From Fimbriosthenelais zetlandica (Eukaryota), in the NCBI GenBank assembly GCA_977030845.1, contig OZ365114.1:26660001-26724000 (forward strand): a stretch of 64,000 nucleotides of DNA. The letters run 5' to 3'. The notes below the pieces were generated by a model. It was not told the origin of the DNA. It searched no databases and saw only the letters and a program-made list of their open reading frames with translations. The stretch's first letter is position 1; each line of letters starts with the position of its first letter. Below are positions 51,157-64,000 of the stretch, piece after piece. The translations under genes and the position numbers were made by a program.

Positions 51157-53750
51157 CTACCAAACAAGAGAAAAAAAGGATATTTTATTGATGATTTAAT
51201 ACATATTTGCTCTCCTTTGGAATGGAACTTGGGGCTATTGTAGGCCCATTTTATCATATAATTATTTGCACTTCAATGACTCTAAATAACCTTATGTCAA
51301 TGAACAATATTTTATTTCATTTTTTTTCACTTTATTTTGTGAAAAGGAGTTTCCTATCTGAGTTTACTGCTGTAATATGATTGGCATGTCTTGTATCAGT
51401 GTGTGAGGTTTGGGTGGGCGGGGGGGGGGGGGGTGTATGATAGTGGACCTGGCTTTATAAGGACGTGATTCGGCTACCATCTCATCTATTGCTGGGGTTC
51501 GTGCCGTGTGTGCCTGGTTGTGCCTGAGGTCACAGGCGTGACCGTCAAGAAGCACTTACCGTCACCAGTAAACGAGGAATGATACACGTTACACTTACAG
51601 CAACATGCTCACACCCAGAACTCACCACCACAAAGTAGGCACATATATATATTTCAGCCAGTAGCGCCAGTTTTATTTCACTTCTCGTTGCATAAAACGC
51701 AATCTTTCAGGGCGGGTCATATATAGGTCTTCTGATTAAAGAACTTCACAACAAGTCAGCTATAAGGCTTCAGGGAGAATGTATATGGACTGACAGGCAC
51801 TGCGGGGGTTTGGGTTTTCTATGCTGTTTTGGATTTTTTTTAATCAGGAGAATGGCTTCATGTGCCTGGAGCTAAGTTAAGAACGATCAAAATATACCAG
51901 GCATATTGCTCAATTGAGGAAAATTTCTTTCAATGCCTTGTATAGAAATGAAACGATCCAGTTTGCATTGGTTTTGCTATCTGGGTTCATTGGAGAGGAT
52001 GTAAACATGATAGACTGAATATGGTGTTTTAAGCACAAAGAACAACGCGACTGTTGAACCAGGAATCAAATTATAAACTGCTGATCAGCTGGTAAAAAGG
52101 TGAGAGCTTCACATCAAAGCGTGACATAAAACGACTCAAAACCCGCACCAGCCCAGTGTGAGAGACCTGTGACACGCTTTTTCTTCCTGTCCTCTTTGAA
52201 TGTGTTAATCAAGAAGCTATTAATCATATCTCATCTGTGTGTGCATTACACCTGTCTCAGATGCCAATTAAAATGATGATATATCACCAACACACACGTG
52301 TAATTACTCTAATAAGTGTCATCAGTAAAAATTGATGTAAAGCATTGATGCCATGAGAGAGGACATGCAGAGGCATAGCAGCCTAAAATAATACTACAAG
52401 GTGGAGTCATCATTGATAGCCCGGAATCTGGACTGAAATGTGACTAAATACACTCCCAGCTGCATTATTTATGAATAAATATAACTAGAGACTCCCATAC
52501 CATTCCTCATTTTCCACATAATAGTCGGCTTTTATAGATCATTAGCAGATGGTAATGGGATTTGATTATAATTTATCACTCCCATACTCCGAGTTTAAAC
52601 TGGTAATCCTGAAGGCAGGTGGTTTAATTTTAGAGCATTAATCTTAGTATTAAAGTGATTAGAATTAAAAATGATAATGGTATTGAAGATAGTGTTCAAT
52701 AAATTGTGATTCGAGTAAATTAACTGAGGGAATGGTTAGCTATTTAATGCAATGATCCAGTCGCAGTGAAAGATGGGCAAATCATAATCCATCACTTAAT
52801 AGTGTGGGCAAGTCTAAGTGCGAATACAGATTTACAGCTTGAAAAGCATTTGAGAAATGAGCCAAATATTCTCGGTGAATTATCGTCCATGGGATTCCAT
52901 GAATTTTATGCACCGATTTGCTTCTCTTGAATTCAAGGTTTTGCACCAATAGCAATAAAAGTGAAATTGGTTGTCAGTTCCCATTTGTTGTCCCAAGTCC
53001 CATAGTAGCATGCACCGACACTTTTGGAAAATCTTTGTTTCTGATCAGAGGATGGAAAATATTAATTACTGCACTCGTTCTGCACTCAGTGCTCAATTTG
53101 TTTATGGATGATGGTACATGAAAGCAAATGTCAACTTTTTAACTGTTTATTGCCATTGAAATTTGTCTCTTGCAATGGCGAATGACCTTGGGATAGGTTA
53201 GTAGGTCAAGGCTAACATCAGACATTAACAGCATTGTCAATGTCAAGGTCATGAGACGATGATGGAGTGATGTCGTGAAAGGTTTCACTGTCATCTTAAC
53301 ATGACATGTTATCTCTCCTGCACTTCCTGTTTTTAGATCGACTTCCTGTCTGCCTATCTCCCTGTCTCTCAATTTTGTCTGCTTCTGTTAAACTGTCTTT
53401 CCTAAATTGAGAGGCGGGGGCTGATCTTTTCTCTTTCAACCAGGCCAGTATTTTTTATCTTTCCATGAACAGTTACCATGAACCTAGCTTTACAGCCATA
53501 TTCAGTCGGTCCTGGTCAACGCGCCATGCTTTTGTCTATTTTTTGGGTGACTATCTATAGACCTATTCTATTTCACTCTTCTTTCCTCTTCCACCTGACT
53601 TCGATTCTCAATGTTATCCCTTATCATTTTTCTTATTTTATTGTTTATAGTTCTCAATATCCCGTCCCCTCATAGTCCAGTAGCTTAGGAAAAAAATCGA
53701 TCATTTTGTAAAGAAATCATGAAATTTTGCATATATAAGTACATGACATA

Positions 53751-53873
53751 TTCTCCCCATTTCCATCCCCACCCTATCCCCATTCCCACCCTCTTCCCAA
53801 TCTCCCCCATCACCTCCCCATTCCCATTTCATCCCCATCCCCTCCTCTCTCTCTCTCTCTCCACACCCTCTTC
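53751..53873. repeat. C-rich low-complexity tract ending in (CT)n
   Basis: Repeated CCCAT/CCCAC/TCCC motifs followed by CTCTCTCTCTCTCTCT. Confidence 0.85.
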
Positions 53874-54189
53874 TTGCTGCCCATTCTTCCAGAAGGTAGT
53901 CCCATGGACAGGAAAGATTAGCGATGGGGCTGGCTAGGTATCTATCACATTGACAATGGTTGTCTGGGGCAGGAGATGATGGTTCTGCCATGCTTCATCT
54001 ACCAACACATGTACCGTCAACGTCCCCCAGTAGACACCATACCTCCTGGGTCATCCCATATATTGGGTGTCCACATTCCCACCTTAACCTGCCCTCTCTC
54101 CTGCTAAGGCTATTGTATTGATATCCTCATGAAAATGCAATGCCAATTTATGTACCTATCAATTGCAATCGGATCCCTGGGATGTCCAA

Positions 54190-54257
54190 GGGCTTGTTTC
54201 AGCGCCAGAAATATCCCATAGACTTAACATTGCTAATGGTTGTTCTGAAACAGGCCC
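54190..54257 (+). mobile_element. ~70-bp GGGCC-terminal MITE family copy
   Basis: GGGCTTGTTTCAGCG...CCCATAGACTTAACATTGCTAATGGTTGTTCTGAAACAGGCCC; flanks CAA/CAG. Confidence 0.85.
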
Positions 54258-54386
54258 CAGGAATCCCCAGGGCTATTTGCAAAAGTATATCCTATTATAG
54301 AATGGTCTGAATAAGGCTCAAGGCAAAAGTATGCAGATTTGCAATGCAAGACCTGACCTTAGATAAGGGGGTTATATAGGAAAGAG

Positions 54387-54434
54387 AATTTCCCATAGAC
54401 TTAACATTGCTAAAGGTTGTTCTGAAACAGGCCC
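54387..54434 (+). mobile_element. 5'-truncated copy of the ~70-bp MITE family
   Basis: AATTTCCCATAGACTTAACATTGCTAAAGGTTGTTCTGAAACAGGCCC is near-identical to the 3' part of the 54190 copy. It lacks the left TIR. Confidence 0.8.
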
Positions 54435-55786
54435 AAGATCTTCCTCCATCTATAAGACATTGTATTTGCGAGTTAGATGTGACACATATGGACCACAGTC
54501 TAAACCACCAAGCCTCTCACGTGAAGGAATATCAAATATTCAATGAAAACAGTCACAATCATCGTAACTCCCATCCCTGGCCCGAGGAAAACTTTGTGAT
54601 AACTTGATTGCCTGCTTGAGCAATGTCTACCATAAATGCGATTCTCCTATAAATGTCCAATAGGATCTGTCTTATCAGAAAAGAAGGCAGATACAAGACA
54701 AGGGAGAGTTAATGTGCACAATGCACAACAGCAGCCGATGGTGGGCATCTTCAAGGCCTGTCTATATGCAGATGTATCCAATTGCCAGAGAAAATAAGAT
54801 TGAAGCCGGCGGCAGGGCTTAATATAAAGCATGTTTCCACCTAGAGATCATCCTATCATGAATAAAACACGTTATCACAACAAGCAGTATCTCTGCTTTA
54901 TTCAATTACCATGGCAACCACTGACACACATCCGTCATTTTTTTGTCAATAAACATGATGTTTCTTTTCATTGAACCTATAGTCTCAATTGGCAATATTT
55001 TTCAGATAAACCTTTGGAATACAATAGTTAGTAGTGTAGTCCTTTTCAGAAAACTGATTGTGCAACCTAGCTGGTCTTTCTTACTGAACGAGAGCCCCAG
55101 GATGATAAGAAGTTTGAAAGATGCTCAGGTTCTGCCTCAAAGTTTTAGCATCTAGAGCATCATTAATCAGGGCTGTGATTTCATCGCTGGATATTCTTAT
55201 CTCTTCATATAGTAATTTAGTTGTGTTCTCTCCAGTAGAGAGCCCCGACTGTTGTGGCGCCTCTCACAAAATATCCGGATCCCCATAAATGCCATGCATA
55301 GAGATGTGTCCTAATAAGGCATGGCATTCCTAGCTTCTTAACTATGCAGAAAGTACATGTAGTTTTTTTTCCGGTAAAAGTTTTGTAATATGCATGCATT
55401 CCTGCACACTAAAATGAGTTTTCAAGGTCAGATCATCCCACCGGAAATAATATTAATCTGGTTATTTTACCCAGGACAGGGAAGTCCCAAATGATCCAAC
55501 ATAAAACTGAACAAGATGTGGTGAAAAAATACTGCTGTTGGATGTCATCTTCCACTTTTTCCACATATTAATATTGTGGATTGAAAAAGAAAAAGGGGAA
55601 AAAGAGGCAGGACACCCGGTTACCTTCTTTCCTCATTTCCCCAACGGTATTATTAGTGAAGGCATTCATTAATCTGCCAAAACATTTAAATCATTACCAC
55701 GGACTGAAATTAAAAAGTCCTTTGTCACTTTTTGATGACGCCCTCAGAGGTGCTTGAAGAATAAGGGGGCAGAGCTTGAGGAAGGA

Positions 55787-56150
55787 AGATGGCGGCAGTG
55801 ATGAGGAGATGAGGTGGTAGGAGTGGGGCGGGATTTTACTGGTTTTTACAGGAGGAAACATTTCATTAGTATGCGTACATGCTGTTCAGTGGTGTGGGGT
55901 GGGGTGGGGTGCCTGTGGGGGTTTTTATTTGTGATTTTCCTGGCAAAGCGGGTGTATGGGAATTCAGGGGCGGGTGGAGGTGTGGACATTTGGGTGTTTG
56001 GTGTTTGGGTCGGGGTGGAAAGGAAAATAGAAGCAGTGGTGAGAAGATGAGGGATTTTGAACATGGTAGGAGTGGGGGGAGTGATTTTACTTGTTAACGG
56101 GAGGAGACATTTCGGGCTGTGGGTGGAGGAGTTTTTACAGGAGGGAATGA
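55787..56150. repeat. G-rich tract containing a degenerate ~240-250-bp direct duplication
   Basis: GCAGTGATGAGGAGATGAGG...TGGTAGGAGTGGGG...GATTTTACT...GGAGGAAACATTT (~55793-55864) recurs as GCAGTGGTGAGAAGATGAGG...TGGTAGGAGTGGGG...GATTTTACT...GGAGGAGACATTT (~56032-56112). Confidence 0.7.
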
Positions 56151-57801
56151 TTAATGATTTCATCAGTAGAACACTCGTGTGTGACGTATGTTAATGGAAC
56201 ACCAGCTGGTGTACGAAGCTTCAGATCTGTCCATTGTTTATCCACTGAGATCCAACAAGTAAACATTTACCAAATCACAATTATCTTGTCTCAACACCAC
56301 ACTGAACCACCGCCTACATTTTTTATATCCACAAGGGCTGGCAGTTAACCACAGATATGGTTGGTTTGTGATTTTTGGGTTACTTTTGAAAGGATGCAGC
56401 CAGCAGCATGAGAGATTAAATCACGAATTTAATACCATAGATGCTCAGCCAAAACAGGTGAGCAACTCTTTTTGCTGGGAGCATGACACCTGGGTCTCAC
56501 CTGCAACAAACTAGCACCATTTTCCTCCCATCCCCACCCACCAGGGCCACCCCCACAAACAAGAACCTTATTAGTCCACCTAAATACCATTTACCACCTC
56601 TAATCATTGATCATGAAAGAAGGGCCCTTTTAATCAATTCACGATTGGCCTTTATCCTTGTTTTTTGACATTTTTGGCTGCTTTTTGTTGTTTTTCCTTC
56701 AACCACAGATAAATATCAGGGTTCTAATTTTACAGATTTCCACGTTTCAGGGGATCAAGGATTGTGCATAGGAGGCATCAAATGCATCGAGTCCATTGCG
56801 GATCCAAAGACAACTGAAGGAAAATGGCATTTTCCGATTCTTGTCATTGTATTATTGGGAAAGGGTAAAATAAAAGTTGCACCGTGTACATGCATCAATC
56901 CCCAACAGACAAAACTACAATGGGACTGAATTTAAAGCCTTTTTTATGTGGGAGTTATGCCTGGGGTGGTCACTTTAGCGGTGGACGGTGGCTGGAAGCC
57001 GTGGGTGGATGGGTCATAAGTGACAGTGAACCACATGTGACCGTGAAACACAATAAGGTTATGATGCCTTATCTCTCCCACACCGACCCTCCTTCACACA
57101 TTGTTTTAAGGCTGGGGTCCACTGGTGCCATTTTAGATGCAGTACACTCTCAAATGCATGAGGAAGATTGCAGAGTGGGCACAGGCATGACAGCAAAGCC
57201 CTTTTGCATAAGCTGAGGCTCCAATTCTGCAATCAAAGTCTAGGGAATACTTCTTGTGACATGATGCTACGGTTCTAAAATATATGCAGTCAATATTCGC
57301 AAGACCTGTCGCAGCAGTGGGTTCAAACCTGAGATCCAATGATAAAGCTTACATCTGACAAGGTTCTGCACTCTTTTAATCTAAATGAACATTCCCTCAA
57401 TCTCCCTCCTGATTTAGCACTTGAATAATCTTAAAGGTTCACAATAGAATCCTTAACCTTATTCTGTCCTCTCATACTTCTCCACCCAATACTTATTATT
57501 TTTCCCCTCTTGTTCTCCATCTTCTTCTCATTCCCTCATCATCTTTTCTGCGCTCTTTTCTCCAATGTCATAATCATTCTCATTGTCATCGTCTGTCATC
57601 GTCTGTCCCATATTGCTGGTTCATACAAGATAATCTTGTATCATTGGGTCAGAGTGTCACAACTTCAATCCCCTACATCCTACAGTTAGCCTAAAAATGC
57701 TTCTCACAATTCTTCATATTCTCGTTGAAATTCACTTACTAAATTCAGTGTTTCTTTTAGTAATTTCAACCACTAATTTTAAATAGTGCATGAAGGATCT
57801 G

Positions 57802-57868
57802 GGGCCTGTTTAAGCTTAGACATTTGCCATAGACTTAGCATTGCTAATGGTTGTTCTGAAACAGGCCC
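57802..57868 (+). mobile_element. ~70-bp GGGCC-terminal MITE family copy with intact CTG TSD
   Basis: GGGCCTGTTT...GCCATAGACTTAGCATTGCTAATGGTTGTTCTGAAACAGGCCC, with CTG duplicated at 57799-57801 and 57869-57871. Confidence 0.85.
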
Positions 57869-58736
57869 CTGGTGGTTGTTTTTGTAGGATTTTCACCACG
57901 GATCGTACCGTAAAATAAATGAGAAAAGTCCTCCAACAATCCAGAATGTAACAAGCCTGGGACGAATAGTTGGAGTATAGGAGAAGGAGGAGAACAAAGG
58001 AGGAGGAACTAGTGATGGTAATTAAAGGAGCAGATGAAGAGAGGAAGTGAGGACAGATGATCATTAATGACGATACACCTAATCCTACATCTCCCACCCA
58101 TACCAGAGAACAAATCCCGGTAAAAAGCCCGACTCTCCCCACCACAGATGACAGACCACCTGTATAGGCGTATACAGAGTACAGGGAGCAGCTCATAGAC
58201 CTGTTAATTGTTGTCGTAATGAGTTCATTATGAGCATATGGGTTGATCCCCCCAATGAGGGAATCCACACATATAATGTAGCCTACCACTTACATGGGAA
58301 GCAGCGGTTGAAACCACTTGATTGAGAAGTCGCTCTGGCAGGCGGCAATTTCTCGTCCCTGTGTCTATGTATAATGAGCTAGCCACTAATTAAAACCAGT
58401 AATTAGTTTCTTTAATGCCTAATTTGGGTGCAAACATAAAATGCATGCTAATTAGGCGGGAACACTAGAGTGCTGAGATGGCAGGGTATGCGGGAAGCTG
58501 ACATAAACATGGTAGTTGAGAAATGGCCTGGCAGGAGATCACTTCAACCATGGGACCTTGTGGCTACATGGACCGATATTCATCCAGATCATGTGTTATT
58601 ACATGGAAAACAGCAAATATGGCATTAAAACAGCCTCCACTGCTGCAAGGGGAAGGCAATAAACCTTCAGTTAATATAATAGGGCCTAAGGATTATTTAG
58701 TCTTCAAGACAATAGAAAATACCTAGGACTATGTTT

Positions 58737-58861
58737 ATTTTATATTATGAAACAACAGTTTATGAAACAGCTGTTTATGAAAGCTGTTTCATAACATAAA
58801 ATAAACATATGAAACAGCCATTTTATAATCTAAAATAAACAGCTTTTTCATAATATAAAAT
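58737..58861. mobile_element. 125-bp AT-rich foldback element
   Basis: Perfect 16-bp IR ATTTTATATTATGAAA (58737-58752) / TTTCATAATATAAAAT (58846-58861). The interior is built from repeated TATGAAA/CAGCTGTTT motifs in both orientations. No clear TSD. Confidence 0.6.
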
Positions 58862-58885
58862 GTGTAGATAATGAAAGGGGACCAT

Positions 58886-58945
58886 GGGCTTGTTTCAGAA
58901 CAACCATTAGTAATGCTATGGGAAATTTTACGCTGCAACGGTCCC
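58886..58945 (-). mobile_element. ~70-bp GGGCC-terminal MITE family copy (internal deletion)
   Basis: The reverse complement GGGACCGTTGCAGCGTAAAATTTCCCATAGCATTACTAATGGTTGTTCTGAAACAAGCCC aligns to the 30290 and 54190 copies. Confidence 0.8.
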
Positions 58946-61900
58946 AGGAAGCTTTGCCTCTTTTATGTACCTTACATGAGTTAGCAGCCTACTGGTCTTG
59001 TCATATATATATAATATATATATATACTTCCTTAGAGTATTCCATTATTTGGGCATAAATCAAGAGGAATATATCTTGTACATTGTCAGCAAGCTTCTCC
59101 TGCAGACTAGTGGGAGTTTATATATGGGGGAATGATGATAACATTATATGGTAGAGGCTTTAGCTGGTGTAGGGGAGTGACCCGGTGTGTGGATGAAGCA
59201 GACTATCTGTCTCACCAGACGCTGGATCATCCAGCAAATATCAATGACAAATGTCGTCTGGTGGAACAGAAGCGTTTTATGACATCATTTATCACAATGT
59301 CTGTCATGGAGTCTCTACCACATGAAATGATGGACGAGCCTGAACAAGGCTTTTATACATGAAGATATGTGTCCAATAATAAATTACACCAGCCATCTAT
59401 GGAAATATACACAGTTTTCACCTCAATATTCGATTCGTTCAATCAAAAGTAAAATGAAATTCCGAAAACCAGGGCCTGAAAGATTGTACCTTTCATTTGA
59501 AATAACACCTCGCCTGCTGAATGTTTCTGATGTTTATTTGGAGTTCAAATATTCAGTATGGGACTCGTATCGATTCCCTGCTTCTTGTTTTTGAAAATGG
59601 ACATTTTGTTTCTGCTTGGGAAGAGAAGGTCAGTGCCCTGTCCCAAGGACGATAAATCTCACCCATGTCTCCCACCATCTCTGATGCTACCAACAATAAA
59701 CCGGAAGGATCACTAAACCCCTCTGATCCCGTACATCACCTTACTCTGGGAGTTTATAAATTGGAAGTAAATCCAAATGAAAAGAAATTGATCTTTCATG
59801 TTAGGTGATTTTTTGTACCGGCCCTTGAGACTTTCTAGGGATCTAGACACCTCTTGAAGTTGAAAACACCCGGGGGGTTGGAGGGGGAGGGGCGGGGGTT
59901 GGAGGGGGGTGGGAGACTGTATGATGTACATCCCCGCCTTGCTTTAGAGACTGGGGATTAAGGAGTGAGACCTGAATTAATCACTTTAAACTTCCTCAGA
60001 GACTCATGGACTTTACATGGATGGATGGGTGAGAGGTGCATGGTAGGGAAATAATGTTATAGGCAGGCTTTCAGTCAAGCAATCTGACTATAGGCCTAAG
60101 GCAGAGGGAATATATTATGGAAATATTAGCGTTAAAATGTACATTAAAGTTTATATTTTGTTCAATGCTAAGTCCATGACAGTTGATTGATAAATGGCAG
60201 GACTAGCTATTATCCATTTGTTCGAAGGTTGTGCCTTCCTAATCAGGGGAAGCAATAGCAATTGCCTGTCTTATGAACAATGCAAAACGTGTGTGCCAAT
60301 GTAGAACGATGCTTCATAAAAAAACACAAACGTGAGCGCAAAGTGCCAGATTACTATTGTATATTGATGACATCCAGGAGTCCTGGCTAAAGCAGTGAAT
60401 AGGTTTGTCCCTAACTGATCTGATTGCATTAAGAACATTAATTCACTCAGTGTGAAATGACTATAAAATATGGAGGCAACAAGACTCAGGGGATCATTGC
60501 CTCCTATGAGAGACATTGACATTTAAAAATGCAATGATCTATCCCACTTAGAGGCTATTTTAATTTAGTGGAGGAGGAGCGCATCGATGATTGTCATGCA
60601 GGTTTCATCAGGGATGAGCAGGAGAATGGTGATAAACTCATACTTAGTGTTCTGCTAATCATGCCTCTAATGGGCATTCTTCACCCTCAATGCCCGGGCT
60701 TTACAATAAAGGCAATGCCCATGCACATATATCCATCATTAATCATAAGAATGGCATCGAGGATGGGGGTGTTTCTTAAAAGAAATATTGGAAAAAATGA
60801 GATGGTGGTAAATGGAAAGGGCGAGTAGGGGAAGGGGATAAAGCAGGGATATTATTGCGAAGGAAGAAGGATAAAGGTGGATAAAGGTCACACATTACTA
60901 AAGGATTTGAGCCATTTTTCACACGGAAAGCAATGATCTCAAAATGGTTGAAACCTTGCAAGAAAGAGGTACAAGAAAGAGACAACCTGGCCTTTACTAC
61001 ATGCACGGTAGACAACGCTATAAAAACCTCCTGTTAAGAAAGATAGTTTTCTCCAATTTGCGGAAACTTAATCTGCCTTTGAAAAATAACACCTATTCAT
61101 TTAGAAGCGTATCATATGTGTTGGAAAACTCATCTAATATTGTTTTTGTCCTCATGACTTTTTCGTGAGGATGGCATGGGAGTGCAGGGAGCATGGAGTA
61201 GGAGGCATGGCCAGCCACATCATGAGCCTGGTGAATTATGAGGTCTAAGCTTCCTCCTCCAGCCTCAATCCATCATACAGGGGAAGCAGTTCACACACAC
61301 GGCTTGTAAAATAAACCTAATGAAAGATTACCCCCCGACTAATCATGCCCACACGGTCCTTACACTATTTGGCAATCCCTAGGAAATCATTTTGTCGGTT
61401 AAAAGAAAATCTAACTTTTAAATTGTCTAGACAAGATGTTCGTACGTTTGGGAACGTATTTGAGACTATGTGGCAAGGCCCATACATATCAATCTTGATA
61501 TTTTCTTCTAAAAAATTTAACTTCCCTATGCACGGGGCAATTAAAGAAGTGCTCAGTCAAGTGGAGCCTGGGGAACCTACCTATAGGTGTATACTCCGTC
61601 ACCGTATGGTGCCATTAGAAAAAGACACTGATGTCATAATGTATGGCCGAGAAATCGTATAGCAATAACTCACCTGAAAATAAAGAGAAAACTCATATTA
61701 GATAATTCTACCAACAGTACGAATGATTTGTTATGATTAAGTGTTATATAAACTGAGCAAGGTGTAGGAAGGGATGATGAGAATCTTAGAACTACACTCC
61801 CTAGGCTGCTATGTTTTATTAGTCTACTCCTAAAGGACCTTATAGCTCCCCTCCCTCCCCCTCCCCCTCCCCCACCCAGACACTTCCCCCATTAAGCTCT

Positions 61901-62420
61901 AACTCCCCATCTCTTCCCCGGGAGAGGCGCATCCCCGTCCACTATAGATGCGTCTATTAGGTGTGGATGTTCCCTACCAAGGAGGAGAACAATGGATGGT
62001 GGTGCTTGGCCTTATCATGACCTTGGCTGAAGTAGAGAGTGGTAGGAGGGAGAGGGACGGTAGGAATTTACTCTCGTCTTCACTTCATCACATCTCTACT
62101 ACACTCTCAATATGACCAAGAGTAGTTATAGCACTCCACTACGTGTACTTTGACATTGTACGGTACTTGATATTATGGAGTACGTGTACTTTTGTACACT
62201 GTTCTTGACATTATAGAGTATACTTTACATAGACACACACATGCACTTCGACATCTGAACACAAGTATTAGTTTAGATTGCATCTTTATCTTTTATTAGT
62301 CTACTTTTGCCTGCGTCACACTCTAGCGATGTTGACACCGATGGACAGACGATTATACATCGTATAAACATCGGGCATCGGCGAGGGCATCGTGTGACCA
62401 TCGTATGAACATTCGATGGT

Positions 62421-62542
62421 CCATCTCTCCCCCTCTCCCTGTCTCTCTCCCTCTCTCTATCTCTCTCTATCCACCCCCCATCTCTCTCCCTCCCCCATCT
62501 CTCTCCCTCTGTCTCTCTCTCCCCCTCCCCCATCTCTCCCCC
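62421..62542. repeat. Degenerate (CT)n / C-rich polypyrimidine tract
   Basis: About 120 bp almost entirely C and T on the + strand. It explains the low-complexity ORFs at 62273-62784. Confidence 0.95.
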
Positions 62543-64000
62543 GTGCTCAGTGATACAGCATGTGGGTGTTTGAGGAGTGGAATCATTATCATCCACCAAC
62601 TGCTCAGCAAATGCTCACATGCCGACAACCTTGTCGTCCATCTGTCGGCGAGCCACTCAGCCTCACCCGCCGTTGACAAGGAGACATGAAAATCCATTTT
62701 AGCCGACAGCCCTCCTGTCATTAACTCTGTCGATAGGCCAGCCATGGGTGTGGTCGGCAAAGAATTCAAACTTCTTATGTTCATCTTGGTATGTTAGGTC
62801 CTGGGGCTCTTTAATTATATGAATCTCTAATACGATTCATCATTTTAATAAATTGATTTTTTTTATCCTGAGGTCAAAGAGATAAGGAGGATGGCATTTT
62901 AGAAATATCAAACTGTATAAGATATTTTGAAGCCTACATTTCAGGGAATATTTTAGTGAGAGAACCAGATCAATCATTATACATTTGGTGCTGGTGGCGT
63001 TGTTAGGTATCATCCTAAATGGAACATGATAAGGTATCCATGACAACAGAGAGGAGAGTGATAGACCAGGCTATGTGGTACCTAATGATAATACTCAGGA
63101 TAAAAGGAAATAACAACAATGGCGATGAAGCTATTTGGATTGAATGCCTTCATGTTGGCACCTATAGAGATGGGACAGCGGACGGATGTTTTGAAGGTGC
63201 TTTGTGTCGGCCACACAATAGCCGTACCACTGATAGGCTATCTGTTTGAAAAGGTTCACCTATGGACATTTAATACACGTTTTCCATCTGAAACCAGATC
63301 AGGCCTACCCCCGCGTTTGCCTTTAATACTTCCCCCTGCCGTTTTACCTTTCTGTTTTTTATCGCCGCAATTTTTACTGGGAGCGGTTGAGGAGGGAATA
63401 TCGGTTGCACTCTCAGGAAGCCAAGGTGATTGATAAAGAGTTACTAGTTAAGATGTTTCATTTTGGGGGATATTTCTAATAATAAATCATATTTGGTTTA
63501 TGTTGATTTTACCTATAGTATATGGATAATTTAATTGTTCTAACTCATAGTTCAATGCTCGTTTAATGTATGCATATGCATAAAAAGTATGTTCATTTGT
63601 GTCTATAAAAGATCGTTAATGTACATGTCGGACAAAAACATAGCTGTAAATCTTAAAAAGTCCATTATGAAAGTTGAGAAGAGTTTGGTGATCGATCCTA
63701 GCGGGGCAGGCTGTATTTTGGAGCAGACATTGTAGTAAGAAGTACATGGAAAGTGGGCGTTGTGAATGGTACCCATGGTAAGATCATGTGACATCACGTC
63801 ACCAAGCAGAGATCATAAAATAGAAATAACTTGTAGTTATGTTACAGTACACTGGTGGAAATATGAACTCCTCACATGAGCTTGGTACATTAAAATGAGT
63901 AGCGACTATACCAATGGTTCCATGGTCATACATAGGTCAATGACTTCTCTCTCTTTTCCTAACCCACCCCTCTATACCCTCCCTCCCCCAGCCCTTCCCT

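Noticed and set aside
57816-58289. 157-aa minus-strand ORF
   Set aside because: It runs through a purine-rich tract and into a MITE copy, so it is a compositional artefact.
59302-59312. TGTCATGGAGT resembling the 5' part of miR-281; TAGCACCAT at ~56512 resembling miR-29
   Set aside because: The matches do not extend to a mature-length miRNA and no pre-miRNA hairpin is evident.
62273-62784. Overlapping ~100-aa ORFs
   Set aside because: They are produced by the stop-free CT/GA microsatellite.

Overview
This window looks like AT-rich (roughly 40% GC by eye) non-coding animal genomic DNA, either a gene desert or a very large intron. It is not prokaryotic. No ORF in the track encodes a domain I recognise, and I found no rRNA, tRNA, CRISPR array or intact transposase/RT. 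Recurrent TACATGTA and TAGGCCTA words hint at a marine invertebrate, possibly an echinoderm (inference only). The best-supported content is non-autonomous DNA transposons: (1) a ~1.41-kb TIR element at 47002-48415 carrying a 226-bp tandem array; (2) seven copies of a ~67-71-bp PIF/Harbinger-like MITE with GGGCC termini and CWG-like flanks; (3) a 182-bp TTA-flanked MITE; (4) a 99-bp TA-flanked MITE; (5) a 125-bp foldback. There are also micro/minisatellites and strand-asymmetric G-rich or C-rich tracts. Motif-level regulatory candidates include a perfect DR5 nuclear-receptor element, a CTCF-like site, a CCAAT/TATA module and an ETS/YY1 cluster. A few isolated splice-bounded exon candidates are low confidence. 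I did not find convincing evidence of a novel protein-coding system.
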